Source: an uncultured virus (IMG/VR IMGVR_UViG_3300037453_000161)
Lineage: Duplodnaviria; Heunggongvirae; Uroviricota; Caudoviricetes
Length of the DNA stretch: 20,000 nt
Virus record (IMG/VR): IMGVR_UViG_3300037453_000161
Reading direction: 5' to 3' (one strand)
Position numbers and translations under genes: made by a program. The notes below the pieces were generated by a model that did no database searches, was not told where the DNA came from, and saw only the letters and a program-made list of their open reading frames with translations. Positions 17,033 through 20,000 of the stretch are shown here, in pieces (within the stretch, counting starts at the first letter, position 1; each line of letters starts with the position of its first letter).

Positions 17033-17255
17033 CTTTCTTCTCCTCCGTAATCTTCTGGCTCGTCGAACCGAAGAAGTACAGGTTAATGACGGTGTTGGCA
17101 GCAAGGAAGGTAGTTACGATTTGCTCGCCAACCCCCTCAAAACCCCACGTCTTTGAGATGAGAGATACAAAAGTGGCGATAGCAGATAAGATACCTGCCG
17201 CAAGAGAGAGTTTCTTCTGTACAGAGATAGAAACTTTGATTTGCTGTGTAGCCAT
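17016..17255 (-). CDS. Holin
   Basis: 79 aa, two hydrophobic helices, charged C-terminus (EEKKDESGK), immediately upstream of the endolysin. SD AAAGGAG. Confidence 0.8.
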   Translation of the reverse strand: MATQQIKVSISVQKKLSLAAGILSAIATFVSLISKTWGFEGVGEQIVTTFLAANTVINLYFFGSTSQKITEEKKDESGK

Positions 17256-17283
17256 ATTTGCTCCTTTGTTAGTTGATACTTAC

Positions 17284-17313
17284 ATTATAACAACAAAACC
17301 GTGGATGTTTTTT
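17284..17313 (-). promoter_or_regulatory. Putative lysis-cassette promoter, A6-N18-TATAAT with extended -10
   Basis: Minus strand AAAAAA catccacggttttgt TGt TATAAT, then a leader with SD. Confidence 0.65.
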
Positions 17314-18943
17314 ACATCAACCTACGAACAGTAATCTTCCATTCAGCAGTTAATGCTTTTTCAGTATAAAGTTTCAACTGTGGGTACAAATTAGACCCAG
17401 CAGGCTGCACAATGCGTAACCCGAACTTGTACTCGTCGTGCCTAGAATCGTGCCCAGTGATACTAATGGGAACATCAGAAGTGATGCTACCACCGTTACA
17501 GTTACCTTTATAGACAGGCATTACCCCTGCGATTCTTGTACTGTACATACCTGCACTTGTTGTGCTAGAGAAAAGTTCAATAGCATACGTTCCACTGTCT
17601 CCAAATAAAGAACCGTACTCACTATTGGTGATAAGTTCATTCCACGTTGTAGCAGTACAGGTCACAGTCTTGGTGACACTTTTGGACTGCCAAATGTTCA
17701 ATGCAGATAACAGAGAGTTCACTTTTGCGGCACTGTAAACGTCAGTAGTGCTTGAACTTGTGCTATTAACCACCGTGGCTACTGTTGCAGCCTGGTCTTT
17801 GGCTTTAATGATGTAGTTGAGGGAGAGATATGGTGGAAGGCTGCTGGCAATACCAGTGTTGCCATCTACGTCTGTGTTGTGTGAACGGTTTGGGTGTCCA
17901 GCAGCAGAGTGGGTAGTACCACCAACGGAATATGTAGAGCCAGATAAACTACCATCATTTCTTGCGACAAAGCCAAGAGCATCAGCATTACCTTGTGGAG
18001 AGCCGATTTTTGCGTATAAGTCACCTGCATCGTGTCTGTGCTCATTATTACCACCAGTAACACCTAACACTTCAGCATATGTAGCCCACGAACTATTGTA
18101 ATTGCCAATAGCAACCTTACCTTTCAAGTTAGGAAGATTAAACGTCGTAGAGCCATCCCCAGTGCCAAATGTAGTGCCGATGGCAGTAAATAATTCGGAA
18201 TAAGTTGTTCTGCTTACCGCAGAACCATCACAAAGCAAATAGCCTTCTGGCATTGTGTCAGAGCCGTATGGAATAATCGTACCGATTGGACAGCCTGCTC
18301 CTGGGTCACCCTTCGCACCAGTGTCGCCTTTATCGCCCTTATCTCCTTTGTCCCCTTTATCGCCTTTAGCACCATCCTGACCATCTGCACCAGCAGCACC
18401 AGTATCACCTTTATCACCTTTATCACCTTTATCACCTTTAGCACCATCTGCACCAGCAGCACCAGTATCACCCTTATCGCCTTTGTCGCCTTTAGCACCA
18501 GTTGCACCAGTGTCGCCTTTCTCACCTTTTTCGCCAGGGTCGCCCTTATCACCTTTGTCACCTTTAGCACCATCAGCACCATCTGCCCCAGGGTCTCCTT
18601 TATCACCTTTGTCACCCTTATCACCCTTATTTCCTTTATCGCCCTTATCACCTTTGTCACCTTTAGCCCCGTCTTGACCGTCTTCACCGTTCGTGACATC
18701 AAAAGTAGACGTTGTATCGTCTGTATAAAGAATCGTATATGTATCAACAAGCCCGTGCGTGGCTGTTTTAGTAATAGAAACAATACCTCTTCCACTACCA
18801 CCACCGCCGCCACCTTCGTCGATAGCCTTTTTAAGCACCCAGTTAGCGACTGGGTTAGAAGAATGTGCGTCTAAAACTTCGTCAACAGCGATTTCCAAGC
18901 CGTTGTCGTTCATATTGTAATGAAGGGGGTATTTATAACTCAT
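17312..18943 (-). CDS. Collagen-like tail fibre with phage tail collar domain
   Basis: 543 aa. About 44 Gly-X-Y triplets, then [57 protein letters not shown] (Collar, PF07484-like), [13 protein letters not shown] and a C-terminal beta domain. Confidence 0.9.
   Translation of the reverse strand: MSYKYPLHYNMNDNGLEIAVDEVLDAHSSNPVANWVLKKAIDEGGGGGGSGRGIVSITKTATHGLVDTYTILYTDDTTSTFDVTNGEDGQDGAKGDKGDKGDKGNKGDKGDKGDKGDPGADGADGAKGDKGDKGDPGEKGEKGDTGATGAKGDKGDKGDTGAAGADGAKGDKGDKGDKGDTGAAGADGQDGAKGDKGDKGDKGDKGDTGAKGDPGAGCPIGTIIPYGSDTMPEGYLLCDGSAVSRTTYSELFTAIGTTFGTGDGSTTFNLPNLKGKVAIGNYNSSWATYAEVLGVTGGNNEHRHDAGDLYAKIGSPQGNADALGFVARNDGSLSGSTYSVGGTTHSAAGHPNRSHNTDVDGNTGIASSLPPYLSLNYIIKAKDQAATVATVVNSTSSSTTDVYSAAKVNSLLSALNIWQSKSVTKTVTCTATTWNELITNSEYGSLFGDSGTYAIELFSSTTSAGMYSTRIAGVMPVYKGNCNGGSITSDVPISITGHDSRHDEYKFGLRIVQPAGSNLYPQLKLYTEKALTAEWKITVRRLM
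18293..18688 (-). repeat. Collagen Gly-X-Y repeat (GDK-rich)
   Basis: 9-nt periodic repeats such as atcaccttt. About 44 uninterrupted triplets. Confidence 0.95.
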
Positions 18944-18981
18944 ACTATAATAATACCACCCTTAAAGGGTGGTATTTTTTT
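18941..18981 (-). promoter_or_regulatory. Putative leaderless promoter (A7-N19-TATTAT-N6-ATG) with an 11-bp inverted repeat
   Basis: TGG-TATTAT-tatagt-ATG, no SD. Inverted repeat AATACCACCCT-taa-AGGGTGGTATT at 18952-18976. Confidence 0.65.
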
Positions 18982-19492
18982 CTGCATCACGCTTCATAAC
19001 GATATTGTTCATTAGTGCTGGGGGCATCCTCACAGGTCTTCCTGCGGAGTTTTCGCTTTCAGCCCATCCGAAGAATACGTCTGTTTGAACCCAGTCCCCA
19101 CCCAACTCCAGAAAATACTTTTCAGCATACTTGAGAATTGTGTCGTGGTTCTCTGGATTTCGGACAATCACATTGTTCATCTCAATACGGAGAGTGGCAA
19201 GTTGCGTCTCTTTAGCGTAATCAACAAGTTGTTTTAGAGTTTCGTCATACACAGCAAGTCTTTTTTCCATTTCTTCAGTGTGTTCTTCCAAACGTTTAGC
19301 CTGTCTCTTCTCTGACCTGTCGATAAGCCAGGAGAGGAAGAGCACAAATACAGCAAATGACGCTACTGCCGCCAATGTTGGTTCGGTCTTGAAGTGTAAT
19401 ACCTGTGTCAAGAACGCACCAACGGCAGTTGCAAAGGCTAATACCCCCAGAATATAGCCTTTGCTTGTCTTTACATCGTCTAATACTGCCAT
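18962..19492 (-). CDS. Two-TM membrane protein with coiled coil, possible lysis accessory or holin-like (176 aa)
   Basis: Start moved to ATG 19492 (SD AAGGAG). Two TM helices, a coiled coil, then KYFLELGGDW, resembling the Y-xx-LGGN proteins often found near phage lysis genes. Confidence 0.65.
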   Translation of the reverse strand: MAVLDDVKTSKGYILGVLAFATAVGAFLTQVLHFKTEPTLAAVASFAVFVLFLSWLIDRSEKRQAKRLEEHTEEMEKRLAVYDETLKQLVDYAKETQLATLRIEMNNVIVRNPENHDTILKYAEKYFLELGGDWVQTDVFFGWAESENSAGRPVRMPPALMNNIVMKRDAEKNTTL

Positions 19493-19503
19493 CAGACGAC
19501 TCC

Positions 19504-20000
19504 TTATGACTTGGTGTAAGTGAACCAAACGTCGTATTGGACACTACCAGTAGTTCCACCTTGGTTGTTAGAACAATAGAAACGGAGGGTTTGGCTGGTG
19601 TTGGTTGCAAGTGGTCTGAACCAATCGTTACCGTTCCAAACACCGTTGATGTCATACCAGTTAGTGCCAGCAGTGCCAGACATATCAACCATACCACCTT
19701 TGTTGAAGACTTTAGCAGTCTTGGCAACACTAGAAGCAATAATAAGGTTACCTCCTGATAGATAGTTCCAAGTGTTCGTACCTTTCAACCTCTTACCATA
19801 CAACCCACCACCGAAGTCATACTCTGTGCCTGGAGTCCATAAGTCTGGACGGGTGAGGAGAAGTGAGTTCTTGTTAGGAGCAGAGCCAGCAGTGTCGGTT
19901 GATTTAGTGTAGTAAAGGGTAAGGCTATCGAGCACAATACTGTAACCTTGCGACCATACCGAAATGTTATTGCCTGACGTGATACGAACAAGGCTGTTGT
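19504..20000 (-). CDS. Tail fibre/receptor-binding protein, C-terminal part (5'-truncated)
   Basis: The frame is open to the window edge (NSLVRITSGNNISVWSQGYSIVLDSLTLYYTKSTD...). Tandem beta domains each end in YTK (LYYTKS, WFTYTKS), a common fibre C-terminal signature. Confidence 0.7.
   Translation of the reverse strand, partial: NSLVRITSGNNISVWSQGYSIVLDSLTLYYTKSTDTAGSAPNKNSLLLTRPDLWTPGTEYDFGGGLYGKRLKGTNTWNYLSGGNLIIASSVAKTAKVFNKGGMVDMSGTAGTNWYDINGVWNGNDWFRPLATNTSQTLRFYCSNNQGGTTGSVQYDVWFTYTKS

Noticed and set aside
5141..19528. ORF-track starts at 5156, 13311, 16072, 17104 and 19528
   Set aside because: Downstream ATGs (5141, 13302, 16012, 17032, 19492) have well-spaced SD sequences or stop-start coupling. 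The longer versions overlap the SD, promoters, terminators or upstream genes.
231..19991. All plus-strand ORFs and nested alternative-frame minus-strand ORFs in the track (e.g. 231-518, 6645-7103, 18214-18813, 19296-19739)
   Set aside because: They lie within or across longer, motif-bearing minus-strand genes that tile the window. They are shadow frames, and those at 18214-18813 and 18483-18677 reflect the collagen repeat.
17312..20000. Diversity-generating retroelement or invertible fibre cassette
   Set aside because: No reverse transcriptase or invertase, no near-identical adenine-variant repeat pair noticed, and no inverted gene fragments. A template outside the window cannot be excluded.
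1..20000. Stop-codon reassignment
   Set aside because: Genes tile tightly under code 11. TGA (ATGA overlap at 4166-4169) and TAG (14519, 9033, 7894) end genes just before the next start.

Overview
The window is the virion-structure and lysis region of a tailed dsDNA phage, probably siphovirus-like. It is densely coding, every credible gene is on the minus strand, and the genetic code is standard. Reading from 20000 towards 1: tail fibre C-terminus; membrane protein; collagen/tail-collar fibre; holin; membrane-anchored CHAP-LysM endolysin; two-gene insert; six Cys-rich, FN3 or repeat tail/fibre proteins; virion CHAP hydrolase; head-tail connector; small genes; head closure; tail terminator; one-gene insert; Dit-like protein; HK97-gp10-like protein; tape measure N-terminus. 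Five things stand out. (1) Two promoter classes: an A-tract-N16-19-TATAAT-N6-ATG leaderless promoter recurs before structural genes (four exact 18-mers, two inside a perfect 50-bp direct repeat), while the small inserts have canonical TTGACA/TTTACA-N17-TATAAT promoters. (2) Seven 4-bp palindromes appear entirely absent from 20 kb on a by-eye scan. (3) The structural proteins are unusually Cys-rich. (4) Paralogous tail modules occur both split and fused. (5) The morphogenesis gene order is non-canonical. All product calls come from motif recognition, not database searches.
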